The notes: generated from the sequence alone by a model not told the origin. DNA of 64,000 nt from Candidatus Bathycorpusculum sp. (GCA_009778385.1 WRJX01000100.1:2802-66801), one strand, 5' to 3'. Numbered from the stretch's first letter, positions 47,717-57,791 are shown. Numbers and translations: made by a program.

Positions 47717-48166
47717 ATGGACATACAAATTGAGGCTGCGACACTTGAAGATTTAAGGATAATGATGGCGATTGAAAAGCAGTGTTTTACATCTGAAGCG
47801 TTTAGCAGGGAACAGATTTCTTATTTGCTGAGCGATTATAACTCGATAAGTTTGACTGCAAAAGTTAACGGTGAAATTGTTGGGTTTGTTATTTTGCAGT
47901 TGGAAAATCAGGATGATATAATTTTTGGGCATATCATTACCCTTAATGTGGCTGTGCCTTTTCGAAGAATGGGTGTGGCTCAAAAACTGCTTTTTGAATG
48001 TGAGGCTATATTGAGATTGCGTGGTGTAACTGAGTGCCGTTTAGAGGTTCGTCAGGCTAATTATGCTGCTTTAAGGTTGTATAACCGGTTAGGTTACATA
48101 GAAATCGGATTACTTGAAAATTATTATGGTAACGAGCATGGATTGTACCTTAAAAAGAATTTTTAG
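47717..48166 (+). CDS. rimI: GNAT N-acetyltransferase (RimI/Ard1-like)
   Basis: GNAT motif A RRMGVAQKLL and LEVRQANYAALRLYNRLGY. Confidence 0.8.
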   Translation: MDIQIEAATLEDLRIMMAIEKQCFTSEAFSREQISYLLSDYNSISLTAKVNGEIVGFVILQLENQDDIIFGHIITLNVAVPFRRMGVAQKLLFECEAILRLRGVTECRLEVRQANYAALRLYNRLGYIEIGLLENYYGNEHGLYLKKNF

Positions 48167-48232
48167 TTACATGTAGAGTTTCATCATTGTTTTTGAAACA
48201 AACGTTTAAAAACCAGATGTTCAACATTTTGG

Positions 48233-48550
48233 GTGATGAACAATATAGAGAACCCTCGAAGACGAGCATCTAATGAGTGTAAGCTTGTCCAGACGATTGT
48301 AGTTTTAATAAGAAACACCACATGGCGTTGCGGTAAACTTGAAAGATTAATTGTTGAACATCTTTATAAGCGTCATAAAAATTTTGGGCCCCTGTCAGTG
48401 TCGGTTAAAGAGCTTATGGTTAACTTGAACATTGCTGGTGAAAAGAAAGATGAATATCTTGACGCGCTTAAACGGTTAGAAAAAAGAAACATTGTGAAAA
48501 TGATGCCATTGGAAGCTAATGCAACTGGTACACCTGTTGCACTTTCTTAA
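48233..48550 (+). CDS. hypothetical small protein
   Basis: 105-aa ORF (the likely start is ATG 48236). No family recognised. Confidence 0.3.
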   Translation: MMNNIENPRRRASNECKLVQTIVVLIRNTTWRCGKLERLIVEHLYKRHKNFGPLSVSVKELMVNLNIAGEKKDEYLDALKRLEKRNIVKMMPLEANATGTPVALS

Positions 48551-48725
48551 CTTATTTTTTCTTTTATTGATTTTCACTGGATAATATCCAAAGGAATTAA
48601 TGTGAAGCTCCAAAAACAAATGATTTTTCAGTTGCTACTGGATTAATTATTGTGTTTTACTCCAATACAACATCCACGTAATAGTCGTCATTTCCACTTA
48701 AAATTAATTTCTAAAGAGAGGGGAA

Positions 48726-49343
48726 TTATTGTTGTTTTGCAGCTTCAACCCATTTAGCAACAATTTTGGGTGAAATTTTCAAGTTTTTTGCTAGATCCTC
48801 AACGGATGCTTGGGATAATTCTTTTACTGTATTTATTCCCAGAGAGCTAAGTTGTGCTGCTCTTTTTTCGCCGATACCTTTAACATTTGTTAATGGTGAC
48901 GTTTCTTCTTGTTCAACTTGAATAGGTGCTACTTTAGGTTGTGTCGTTTCTGTAGGTGTTTGTTCTTGTGGTATAGGTTGCTCTGCTGCTGCTTCAATTA
49001 GGGGTGTTGTTTCTTTTGTGGGTTCTGTTGTTGTTTGAGTGATTTCAACAGGACTTGATTCAGTTGGCGCTACTTGTTCAATTGGTTTTTCTTCTTTTTG
49101 ACTTGGTGCCTGTTGTGTACTTGACTCTGTAGGTGTGGATGTGACTGTGGGGGTTTGTGTTTTTTGTATACTGCTCTTTGTTTTTGGTCTTTGGGAGTAT
49201 CCTAATCCAACTGAAAGGATGCCCAGAACAGCAGTGGATGTCACCCATAAGATTCTTTCTGCTCCAGTGGATATGATCGCTGAAATAAGGGCAAGTGCAA
49301 AAAAGAATATTGCAACAACATACAATGTAACATCTGAACGCAT
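48726..49343 (-). CDS. membrane-tethered helix-hairpin-helix protein
   Basis: Two N-terminal TM helices, a ~90-aa Pro/Thr/Glu/Gln-rich linker, and a C-terminal HhH module (VKGIGEKRAAQLSSLGINTVKELSQASVEDLAKNLKISPKIVAKW). Confidence 0.55.
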   Translation of the reverse strand: MRSDVTLYVVAIFFFALALISAIISTGAERILWVTSTAVLGILSVGLGYSQRPKTKSSIQKTQTPTVTSTPTESSTQQAPSQKEEKPIEQVAPTESSPVEITQTTTEPTKETTPLIEAAAEQPIPQEQTPTETTQPKVAPIQVEQEETSPLTNVKGIGEKRAAQLSSLGINTVKELSQASVEDLAKNLKISPKIVAKWVEAAKQQ

Positions 49344-49422
49344 TTTTGTTACCTGAAACAGCTATTTTGTAATTCGGCTTAAATAACTTTTCTCGAAGAA
49401 AAAATATTTTAAAAATTGGATG

Positions 49423-50805
49423 TTATTTTAAGAGTTCAGCATCAGAGGGGGCTTGTTTTATTAAACCATGTTTCATAAGTAAATCCGTTGATTGTCGAGC
49501 GTTTTTAATAATTGCAGAGGCGCGTTCGTAGAGTTCTTGTCTGCTTGGTTTTATTCTTGCGACGCCTTGCTCGATTGATTTTAGTGCGCATGCAACTGCT
49601 TCTCTTGGGAAAACTTCCCATTCATCCATTCGTGGTAGCAAATTCTTCTCGTCCATTCCGCGCTCTTCCGCATAATGTGCAAGCTCGTTAGCTGCGGCTA
49701 TGCACATGTCATCTGTTATGGTTTTTGCTTTAACGTCAAGGACGCCTCTAAATATGGCGGGAAATCCCATGCTGTTGTTAACTTGATTAGGAAAGTCGCT
49801 ACGTCCAGTGGCTACTATTTTTGCTCCTGCTGCCTCTGCTTCCCATGGCCAAATTTCAGGAATGGGGTTAGCACAAGCAAAAACTATTGCGTCATTTGCC
49901 ATACTTTTTACCCATTCTGGTTTTATTGTACCTGGACCTGGTTTAGAAGCTGCAACAACTGCATCTACTCCTCTAAATGCTTCTGCTATGCCCCCTGTTC
50001 TGCCTTCACAATTTGTTTTTTGAGTAACATCAAACTTCCAGGGGTCTTCTTCTAAGATTATGTCTGGTCTACCTTTGTATATGACCCCTTTAGTGTCTGC
50101 TAATATGATGTTACCCGGTTTTACGCCCCAACGCATAAGCACATAAGCGGTTCTAATGTTTGCTGCACCTGAACCGACAAGTGTTATAAGACTATTCTGT
50201 GGCTTTTTACCTACAAGTTTAAATGCATTTATAAGCCCAGCCAAAATTACCGTTGCTGTTCCTTGTTGGTCATCATGCCAGACGGGGATGTTCATTTCTG
50301 CTCGGGCGTTTTCGAGCACTTGAAAACATTTGGGTTTCTCAATGTCTTCAAGATTTATACCTCCAAAAGTAGGTTCCAAAGCTTTGCAAATTTTTATGAT
50401 TTCATTTGGGTCTTTTGTTCTTAAGCAAATGGGGAATGCATCTACCCCGCCTAAGTATTTGAACAGAAGCGCTTTTCCCTCCATAACAGGCATTGCAGCT
50501 TCAGGCCCAATATCGCCTAAACCTAAAACACGTGTGCCATCACTTATTATTGCAACATAATTCCATCTGTTTGTTAATTCAAAGGACTTGTCTGGATCTG
50601 CATTGATTTCTTTACACGCAGCAGCAACGCCTGGGGTATACCAAATTGCAAAGTCATCTATACTTCTGATCGTACATTTGGGTATGACTTGCATCTTTCC
50701 CTCATAAAATCTGTGCATAGACGGTGATAACTGCGCAGGTTTTTCGGACTTTGCAAGCAATTCACCAACCGTAGGTTCTGACCCTTGAGCTTTTTTAGTA
50801 GTCAC
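49423..50805 (-). CDS. NAD(P)-dependent malic enzyme
   Basis: YTPGVA, VISDGTRVLGLGDIG, FGGINLEDI, HDDQQGTA and the dinucleotide fold LVGSGAAN. Confidence 0.9.
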   Translation of the reverse strand: MTTKKAQGSEPTVGELLAKSEKPAQLSPSMHRFYEGKMQVIPKCTIRSIDDFAIWYTPGVAAACKEINADPDKSFELTNRWNYVAIISDGTRVLGLGDIGPEAAMPVMEGKALLFKYLGGVDAFPICLRTKDPNEIIKICKALEPTFGGINLEDIEKPKCFQVLENARAEMNIPVWHDDQQGTATVILAGLINAFKLVGKKPQNSLITLVGSGAANIRTAYVLMRWGVKPGNIILADTKGVIYKGRPDIILEEDPWKFDVTQKTNCEGRTGGIAEAFRGVDAVVAASKPGPGTIKPEWVKSMANDAIVFACANPIPEIWPWEAEAAGAKIVATGRSDFPNQVNNSMGFPAIFRGVLDVKAKTITDDMCIAAANELAHYAEERGMDEKNLLPRMDEWEVFPREAVACALKSIEQGVARIKPSRQELYERASAIIKNARQSTDLLMKHGLIKQAPSDAELLK

Positions 50806-51027
50806 TCAAACAACTCCTAAACTTAAAATGAAAAAAGCATTACTGATGATTTTAAAGGTTTCACACTAAAACCAGTCAACGATACTCTGCCAAAATAATG
50901 TATAAAACATGAACCTAAAGGCAGTTGAAAACTTAGAAAATAAATTTGAATCTAAAAAATTAAAAAAATAAAAAGCAAAAAGGAAATTTTATTCTTTTTA
51001 ACAGTTAGGACAGATCAGGCAGGTTGT

Positions 51028-51594
51028 TTAATATCTTGGCCTGTAACCGCCGCCGCCACCGCCGCGTCGGTCTCCTCTATCTCTGTTACCGCCGTATCCT
51101 CCGCCGCCGCCACCGCCGCGTCGGTCTCGTCCGCCGTATCCTCCGCCGCCGTATCCTCCGCCGCCGCGTCCTCCGCCGCCGCGGAATGGTCTGCGTTGTT
51201 GCTCATATGTTTTGCTTGAAACGTTGTTTTCTGTGTTTACTTCAACTGATAGTGGTTCTGCTGCTAATTCGATTTTGCCGTATTTGCCAATGTTTAAGCG
51301 TATGTTGCCTTTGAAGAGTGTTACGTATCCGTTTTCGATGCGTATGCTATCGCCTTCGTTTACTTTTTCGATGTTGTCATCCCAAAGCGTTAGGTAAACC
51401 ACTCCTGTTTCGTCGCCGATTAGAGCGTCGCTGACTTTGTGTGGTGAGCCGTCTCTGCCCATGGGAATTTCGCGTATTTCAGTTTTGGATACTACTTTGG
51501 CCGTAATGTTAACCGCTCGTGATTGTGGGGTTAACTCTCCGACTTTAGCTTCTACTGGTTCTCTTTTGTTTTCGAAAAAACCTTCAACAGCCAA
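51028..51594 (-). CDS. single-OB-fold ssDNA-binding protein with RGG/GGY tail
   Basis: OB core (VNITAKVVSKTEIREI ... DETGVVYLTLWDDNIEKVNEGDSIRIENGYVTLFKGNIRLNIGKYGKIE) followed by ~55 aa of RGGGG/GGYGG repeats. Confidence 0.8.
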   Translation of the reverse strand: MAVEGFFENKREPVEAKVGELTPQSRAVNITAKVVSKTEIREIPMGRDGSPHKVSDALIGDETGVVYLTLWDDNIEKVNEGDSIRIENGYVTLFKGNIRLNIGKYGKIELAAEPLSVEVNTENNVSSKTYEQQRRPFRGGGGRGGGGYGGGGYGGRDRRGGGGGGGYGGNRDRGDRRGGGGGGYRPRY

Positions 51595-51840
51595 TTGGTT
51601 CTACATCCTATTTTGATAATCTAAAGACAAAATACATTTCTTGTACACTTAAGTGTTTCGCTATTCTGCTTAGTCTATCGTTTACAGAAAAGACAGAATT
51701 TGTGGATGCTGTATAATTTGTGGCGGCTAAGTGGAGCAAAGTGGGGTTTGTGGATAAGCATAAGCTTTGGTGACAGCGAAGAATTTCTGTGCAGACTATA
51801 TTTATTGGTTGGTTGTTGTGACGTTTGATTGGGGACCGTC

Positions 51841-52040
51841 TTGGCTATGATGTTGAGAAGGTTTTAACTCTAATGTTTGAGTATTGTGTTTTTAACGGAT
51901 GTTTTTTGTTTTTGATTTTGACATGTTTTTAGTTGGGCGAGTGGGGTATTTTGGAGGGTATTTTGTTGGGTTTGGGTGTGGTGAGTAGGTAGTTTGGGTA
52001 ATGAGGTAGTGAATAGTGAAATAACGTGAAAGTGTAGGGC
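51841..52040 (+). repeat. G+T-rich, C-poor tract
   Basis: About 8 C in 200 nt on the + strand. Contains the near-tandem GGGTATTTTG x2. Upstream of the + strand gene at 52143. Confidence 0.6.
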
Positions 52041-52142
52041 GATTTTATTTTGAGACAAGACACCGCTAATAATCTTTAAATAATAATACCTAATTAAAAC
52101 TATATTTAATTTGGAGGAAATGAGAAACTGTTTGATAAAAAT

Positions 52143-54716
52143 TTGTTTGGAAAAAATTTAAAACAAAAAGTTTTGTCGTTGTTCATTGCAGTTATATTGT
52201 TGACATCTGCTGGTGCATTACTATCGGTAAGCCAACTAGTTGACGCACAAACTGCTGACGTAAACGCAAAAATGGAATTATTTCTCAGCTGTAGACCTAC
52301 TAAGGTAGGCTTAGGTCAAGAGCTTTTAATCAATATGTGGGCTTCACCCGCACCTGGTGCAAATCGTCAATATAATGACTACACGTTAACAATAACAAAA
52401 CCTGATGGAGCAAAACTTGAATACACTATGGATACTTATGTTGCAGATGGTACAATGTGGATGCCATGGGTTTGTGATCAAGTGGGTGACTGGAAATTTG
52501 ATCTTTCTTTCCCTGGTGCCTATTTCCCTGCTGGTCGATACTTGGATGGTGTCTATTATGCTCCGAATGAGATTATACCCCCATCAGAATCTAATCCGTT
52601 TGGAGGTGCTGGCGCTACAAATTATACACAATCAGTTTCACTGCCCGCTGCCCGTGCAAGGACGATAACAGTGACAGTGCAACAAGATACAATTCCATCA
52701 TGGCCTGGATCACCATTACCTACAGGCTATTGGACTAGACCAGTTAACGAAATAAATCGTGAGTGGTGGCCTATTTTAGGAAACTATCCATGGTTTGGGC
52801 CTGGAGGCGGTGAACTGTGGGATGAGCTTTATCCTAACACTAATCCAACTTATAATTCCGCATACGCATTCGTTCCATGGGTTGAAGGGCCTGAATCTGC
52901 ACACGTTGCTTGGAAGCGTGAATACTACATAGGCGGTCTCATGGGTGGTGATTTAGGTGCTGCATCTAGTACCTATTGGGGAGATGTAGCTTGGCTTCAT
53001 AGACCAACAGTTATTCTTGACGGAATGGGTTACCAAGTTGTCCTAAAACCTGCTGCCGATGGCCCAGCTCAAACATCATGGTGGCAATGCTATGACGTAC
53101 GTACTGGTGACATATTATGGGAAAGACCACTGTACCCTGGAGAACAAGAACCAACACTCATTGAATATGGTATTACCTCTCTTGCTGTTCCTGGAGCACT
53201 ACCAAAATCAGACACGCCCTATTTACTGTCAATAAGTGGTGGATACATGAGAAAATACAATCCACTAACTGGAGCCATGGTACTTAATGTTTCTATTGCT
53301 CCTATGACTGGCGCTGGTGGAACTTATTACATGAACGGTCATGTGTTAGGTATACAGGATCTTGGTGCTGATGCTGGTGCAGAAAGATACCGACTGATCA
53401 ACTGGACAACTTTTGGTACTGGATCTAACTTTGCTAGTCGTGTAGTTAGTAACACTACATATGCACGAAGCGCGCTACCTACCGCAGCCTTAACTGATTG
53501 GGATGTCGGTATAGGTTGTACAATGGGCAGTATCTCAGCTGGTGGAATTTATATTCAGCAAAGCATACAAGCATTTGATTTGCTTACTGGCAGAAGTCTT
53601 TGGAACAAAACAATTGATGAACCACAATACAGTGGTGCAGCAAATGTGGCAGATCATGGAAAACTAGCAGTGCTATCGGTTAATGGCTACTATTTGGGAT
53701 TTGACTTGAGAACTGGTAACGAAGTGTGGCGAACTAGAACTTTAGACTATCCTTGGGATGCCTCTGGTTGGGGAAGCTATGGTGTTATTACAGCTTACGG
53801 TAAACTGTATTGGGTAGCTCAAACAGGCATATATGCAATCAACTGGGATACCGGTGTTATCGAGTGGAAATTTGAAGCTGAAGCACCACCATTTGAAACT
53901 CCAATGGTTAATGCTGAGGGCGAACCAGTTTATCCATTTCATGCTCCTGGAATGGCTGCAGACGGAAAACTATACGTATACGCTACTGAACACTCTCCAG
54001 ATGTACCATACTATAGAGGATCACCAACTGTCTGTGTTGATGCGTTTACAGGCGATCTAATATGGTCCTTTGGAATTGCAGGTGCTGGTCAACACACGCG
54101 TACTGCTTCACTGTTACGTGTTTCAGACGGATATGCGTTTTTAGGTGCACTAGATGGCTACATGTACGCTATAGGCAAAGGCTTAAGCGAAACTACAGTT
54201 TCAGTTCCACAACCACAATTGACCTTAGGTCAAAAGGCATTTTTGACTGGTACTGTTCTTGATTTGTCTCCTGCTCAGCCTGGTGCTCCATGTGTTGCTA
54301 AAGAATCAGTAGGTGCACTGATGGAACAAATACATCTGCAGGCACAAATTGGTGGTATTAATAATGTACCAATGATCGGTGTTCCAGTATCATTAGACGC
54401 AGTTGGTCCAGATGGTGAATATATCCATCTAGGTATGGTAACATCTGATGGCTATAGCGGTACGTTTGCATTCGATAAATGGCAACCAGAAACTGCAGGG
54501 TTATACACTATTACTGCTACTTTCATGGGTGATGAATCATATGGCAGTTCATTTGCAACTACATACTTGACAGTCGCTAAAGGTTCAGACACTAATGTTG
54601 ATAATGCTAATAACACTGACAATGGTACAGTAATAACAACTGTTATCGGAGCAACAATAGCCCTAATCATTGCACTTGCAATTGTCTGCGTGTTGATCCT
54701 AAGGAAAAAACCTTAA
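52143..54716 (+). CDS. large surface protein, paralogue of 32566-35058 (Ig-like, PQQ-like propeller, Ig-like, TM anchor)
   Basis: 857 aa. Signal peptide ends LVDA|QTA. Same domain order and shared motifs (GDILWERPLY vs GKVLWERSYD; GPDGEYIHLGMVTSDGYSGTFAF vs DPTGEYVTLGTATSDASGKFVF). C-terminal VIGATIALIIALAIVCVLILRKKP. Start codon uncertain (TTG 52143). Confidence 0.8.
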   Translation: MFGKNLKQKVLSLFIAVILLTSAGALLSVSQLVDAQTADVNAKMELFLSCRPTKVGLGQELLINMWASPAPGANRQYNDYTLTITKPDGAKLEYTMDTYVADGTMWMPWVCDQVGDWKFDLSFPGAYFPAGRYLDGVYYAPNEIIPPSESNPFGGAGATNYTQSVSLPAARARTITVTVQQDTIPSWPGSPLPTGYWTRPVNEINREWWPILGNYPWFGPGGGELWDELYPNTNPTYNSAYAFVPWVEGPESAHVAWKREYYIGGLMGGDLGAASSTYWGDVAWLHRPTVILDGMGYQVVLKPAADGPAQTSWWQCYDVRTGDILWERPLYPGEQEPTLIEYGITSLAVPGALPKSDTPYLLSISGGYMRKYNPLTGAMVLNVSIAPMTGAGGTYYMNGHVLGIQDLGADAGAERYRLINWTTFGTGSNFASRVVSNTTYARSALPTAALTDWDVGIGCTMGSISAGGIYIQQSIQAFDLLTGRSLWNKTIDEPQYSGAANVADHGKLAVLSVNGYYLGFDLRTGNEVWRTRTLDYPWDASGWGSYGVITAYGKLYWVAQTGIYAINWDTGVIEWKFEAEAPPFETPMVNAEGEPVYPFHAPGMAADGKLYVYATEHSPDVPYYRGSPTVCVDAFTGDLIWSFGIAGAGQHTRTASLLRVSDGYAFLGALDGYMYAIGKGLSETTVSVPQPQLTLGQKAFLTGTVLDLSPAQPGAPCVAKESVGALMEQIHLQAQIGGINNVPMIGVPVSLDAVGPDGEYIHLGMVTSDGYSGTFAFDKWQPETAGLYTITATFMGDESYGSSFATTYLTVAKGSDTNVDNANNTDNGTVITTVIGATIALIIALAIVCVLILRKKP

Positions 54717-54720
54717 ACCC

Positions 54721-54743
54721 TTTTCTTTTTTCTTTCTTTTTTG
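54721..54743 (+). terminator. oligo-T termination signal
   Basis: TTTTCTTTTTTCTTTCTTTTTTG starts 5 nt after the stop. Confidence 0.4.
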
Positions 54744-54962
54744 TCTTGTTATTTTGAAAAGCTGGTATTTTTCAAATTCGTGCCTGTTCTTATGAATCGT
54801 AAAGAGAGAATTAATTCTACTGGTTAGTGATGTTTTGCTTATGAGGTTGGTTTGTTAGTGTTAATTTTTGAGAGTAATCTCCTTAGATTGTCCTTTTCAG
54901 AATATTCTGTTTTGTCGGTTTCTGCGGTTACCATATTAACCTGTGGTTGTATATCTTGATTT

Positions 54963-55856
54963 ATGAAAAAAGTCTACGGCATATTTGCTGTTCTGTTCGT
55001 TATAGCCCTAATCGTTGGCATGGTCGCATTTCCTCTGCTAACTTTTAGTCCTCCAAGTGCTTCTCAAGCTTCTCAGGCTTCTCAGCCTCCAACACCTACA
55101 GTCACCTCCACACCTTTGGCGCCTTCAACTAGTCCTACTCAAATAACATTTAACGGAGTTCCAGTCTACAGTTACAGTATCATTCAAACATATCCTCATG
55201 ACTCTTCAGCTTTTACACAAGGTCTTACTTTTGATGACAACGGTGACTTGCTAGAAAGTACTGGCCTAAATGGAGCCTCTAGTATACGACGAGTAAATTT
55301 GGCTGACGGCAAAATTCTGCAACAATTTAACTTGCCCTATGAGTATTTTGGAGAAGGCATAGCAGTTGTCGGCAACAAAATTGTGCAGTTAACTTGGCAA
55401 AACAAAATTGGATTTATCTATGATAAAGAAACTTTTGAGTTGCTAGGTAATTTTAGTCTTAACACCGAAGGCTGGGGGATAACTTATGACGGAAACCACC
55501 TCATTATAAGTGATGGCACATCGAACCTGTATTTTTTGGATACAACTACATACCAAACACTCTACAGCATTAGTGTAAACGATGCTAATGGTCCAGTAGA
55601 AAATCTTAACGAGTTAGAATACATCAACGGTACCATATACGCTAACATATGGTTTAGCTCAAAAATTGCAGTAATAAACCCCACAACAGGTCAAGTTGAA
55701 GCCTACATAGACTTAGATAAAACCGCTCAACCTTACACAACAAACGACCCAAATGCAGTGTTAAACGGAATCGCCTATAATGCACAAACAAACCAACTTT
55801 ATGTTACAGGAAAAAAATGGTCCAATCTTTACGAGATACTAATCCTGTGGACATAA
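54963..55856 (+). CDS. glutaminyl-peptide cyclotransferase (plant/bacterial beta-propeller type), membrane-anchored
   Basis: N-terminal TM and a Ser/Pro/Thr linker, then YPHDSSAFTQGL, LLESTGLNGASSIRRV, FGEGIAV, LTWQNKIGFIYD, EGWGITYDG, LNELEYINGTIYANIW, the pattern of Glu_cyclase_2 enzymes. Confidence 0.88.
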   Translation: MKKVYGIFAVLFVIALIVGMVAFPLLTFSPPSASQASQASQPPTPTVTSTPLAPSTSPTQITFNGVPVYSYSIIQTYPHDSSAFTQGLTFDDNGDLLESTGLNGASSIRRVNLADGKILQQFNLPYEYFGEGIAVVGNKIVQLTWQNKIGFIYDKETFELLGNFSLNTEGWGITYDGNHLIISDGTSNLYFLDTTTYQTLYSISVNDANGPVENLNELEYINGTIYANIWFSSKIAVINPTTGQVEAYIDLDKTAQPYTTNDPNAVLNGIAYNAQTNQLYVTGKKWSNLYEILILWT

Positions 55857-56015
55857 CCGTTTCGCTGTTCAATTGCCACATAAACCCAGAGTTAAGTTTG
55901 TTTTGGGGTTCTTTCTTTTTTGTCTTCTTGTTTGTGTGAGTGTTGTCTGTTCTTTTTGTATGGTAACCTTTTAATTTGCTGTGGTTTTTAGAGTTTAAGA
56001 AAGGGATAATCTTAG

Positions 56016-57791
56016 TTGAGTGATGAAGCTAAATGTTCAAAGCCTTCGTGTGATAAGTTTACTGCGATTAATGAGTTAGCTAAAAGGCGAGGTTTTTTTT
56101 GGTCCTCTTTTGAGATTTATGGTGGCACTGGTGGTTTTGTAACTTATGGTCCTTTGGGTACGCGTTTGAAGCAGAATGTGGAGGCGCGTCTTCGTGAATT
56201 GTTTGTTAAGAAATTGGGTATTTTTGAGTTGGAGTCTTCTGTTATTGCGCCCGGTAAGGTGTTTGAGGCTAGTGGTCATGTTGATCATTTTAAGGAGCCT
56301 ATGGTTGAGTGTCAAGTTTGTCATACTCGTTTTCGGGCGGATCATCTTTTAGAGGAAAAGGGTATTAGTAGTAAAGAGGCTGAGAAAATGTCTCTTGATG
56401 AGATTGCTCAGGAGATTGTTACTCATGGAATTATTTGTCCGGATTGTAAGGGTTCATTTGGTAAACCTCAGCGTTATCTGACGATGTTTGAGACTACTAT
56501 TGGTCCTTATAGTGGTGCCGTTGGTTATGGTAGGCCTGAGGCTGCGCAAAATATTTTTGTTGAATTTAATCGTCTCTTTAATATTTCGCGTGAAAAGTTG
56601 CCTTTTGGGGCTATTCAAATTGGTCATGCTCTTCGTAACGAGATTTCGCCTCGTCAGGGTTTAATTCGTTTGCGTGAATTTACGATTTCTGATTTAGAAT
56701 TCTTTTTTGATCCTGAAGATCAAAGCTGTAGGTTTATAGAGGAAGTGGAAAGTGATGTTCTTCCAATTTTGTTGTGTAGTACGCGGTTAAATGAGTGTGA
56801 GGATGTTACTTTTTTTACTGTTCGTGAGGCTTTGGATAAAAAGATTATTCTTTGTGAATGGCAGGCGTTTTTTATGGCCATGGCAAAGCGTCTTCTTGTA
56901 GAATTAGGTGTGCCCATGGAGCGGCAGCGTTTTCTTGAGAAGCTTACGTGGGAGAAAGCTCATTATAGTGCGCAGAGTTTTGATCAGGAAGTTCTTGTTG
57001 ATCGTTGGGGTTGGGTAGAAGTTTCCGGTCATGCTTACCGTACAGATTATGATTTGTCCTGTCACATGAAGGCAAGTGGTGTTGATTTACGTGTTTACAA
57101 AGAATATCCTGTACCCGTTGAAACCGAAGAGTTAGTTATTAAGCCGATAATGGCAAAGTTTGGGCCTGTCTATAAGGGTGATGCAGGTAAAGTTGCGGCG
57201 GAACTTGCAAAGATTTCGGCGGATAAAGTTGTTGCAGACATAAACAAAGATGGTTATGTAATGGTTGGCCCCTATCAGGTTTTTAAAGAACAAGTTGAAT
57301 TTGGCTACCAAAAGACTGTTGAGCGTGGTACACGGTTTATTCCGCATGTTGTGGAGCCTAGTTTTGGTTGTGATCGTTTGTTCTATGTTGCTCTTGAGTA
57401 TGCATACCGCGTTAAGGATGATAGGGTAATTCTAAGTTTTCCTCGCTGTATAACGCCTATTCAAGTTGGTATCTATCCGTTAATGAGTAAAGATGGTCTT
57501 GATACCAAGGCGTTGGAGCTTCAGAAGCAGTTAATTCAAGCTGGTTTTATGACTGATTATGATGAGGCGGGTTCTATAGGTAGGCGTTATGCGCGTGCTG
57601 ATGAGGCAGGTGTAGCTTTAGGAGTTACCATTGATTATGATACTCTTAATGATGATACAGTAACTATTCGTGACCGCGATAGCTGGCAGCAGGTTCGTAC
57701 ATCGATTAAAGATTTGCCTGAATTACTGCGTCAGTATTTTACTGGAAAAATAGGCTTTGAATCGTTAGGTAAATCGGTTCAAAGTAAGTAG
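56016..57791 (+). CDS. glyS: glycyl-tRNA synthetase (archaeal/eukaryal alpha2 type)
   Basis: LAKRRGFFWSSFEIYGG, motif 2 FRNEISPRQGLIRLREF, motif 3 region, and a C-terminal anticodon-binding domain. TTG start. Confidence 0.92.
   Translation: MSDEAKCSKPSCDKFTAINELAKRRGFFWSSFEIYGGTGGFVTYGPLGTRLKQNVEARLRELFVKKLGIFELESSVIAPGKVFEASGHVDHFKEPMVECQVCHTRFRADHLLEEKGISSKEAEKMSLDEIAQEIVTHGIICPDCKGSFGKPQRYLTMFETTIGPYSGAVGYGRPEAAQNIFVEFNRLFNISREKLPFGAIQIGHALRNEISPRQGLIRLREFTISDLEFFFDPEDQSCRFIEEVESDVLPILLCSTRLNECEDVTFFTVREALDKKIILCEWQAFFMAMAKRLLVELGVPMERQRFLEKLTWEKAHYSAQSFDQEVLVDRWGWVEVSGHAYRTDYDLSCHMKASGVDLRVYKEYPVPVETEELVIKPIMAKFGPVYKGDAGKVAAELAKISADKVVADINKDGYVMVGPYQVFKEQVEFGYQKTVERGTRFIPHVVEPSFGCDRLFYVALEYAYRVKDDRVILSFPRCITPIQVGIYPLMSKDGLDTKALELQKQLIQAGFMTDYDEAGSIGRRYARADEAGVALGVTIDYDTLNDDTVTIRDRDSWQQVRTSIKDLPELLRQYFTGKIGFESLGKSVQSK

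Noticed and set aside
51015-51314. GC-rich direct repeats that could be mistaken for a CRISPR-like or tandem-repeat locus, plus ORFs 51015-51206 (-) and 51024-51314 (+)
   Set aside because: The repeats are irregular in unit and spacing. They lie inside the SSB reading frame, where they encode the RGG/GGY tail. The alternative-frame ORFs (Ala/Asp/Thr or Arg-rich) are by-products of the repeat.
51870-52058. 62-aa minus-strand ORF (Thr/Gln/His/Lys-rich) and similar small ORFs inside G+T-rich tracts
   Set aside because: These are a direct consequence of the C+A-only composition of the complementary strand. There is no start context or motif.
52120-52145. An out-of-frame ATG (52120) after GGAGG upstream of the second propeller gene, as a fourth frameshift
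   Set aside because: The ATG is only 2 nt from the GGAGG, which is a poor spacing. TTG 52143 by itself yields a complete signal peptide with a Lys-rich n-region (MFGKNLKQKVLSLF…). No lesion needs to be invoked.
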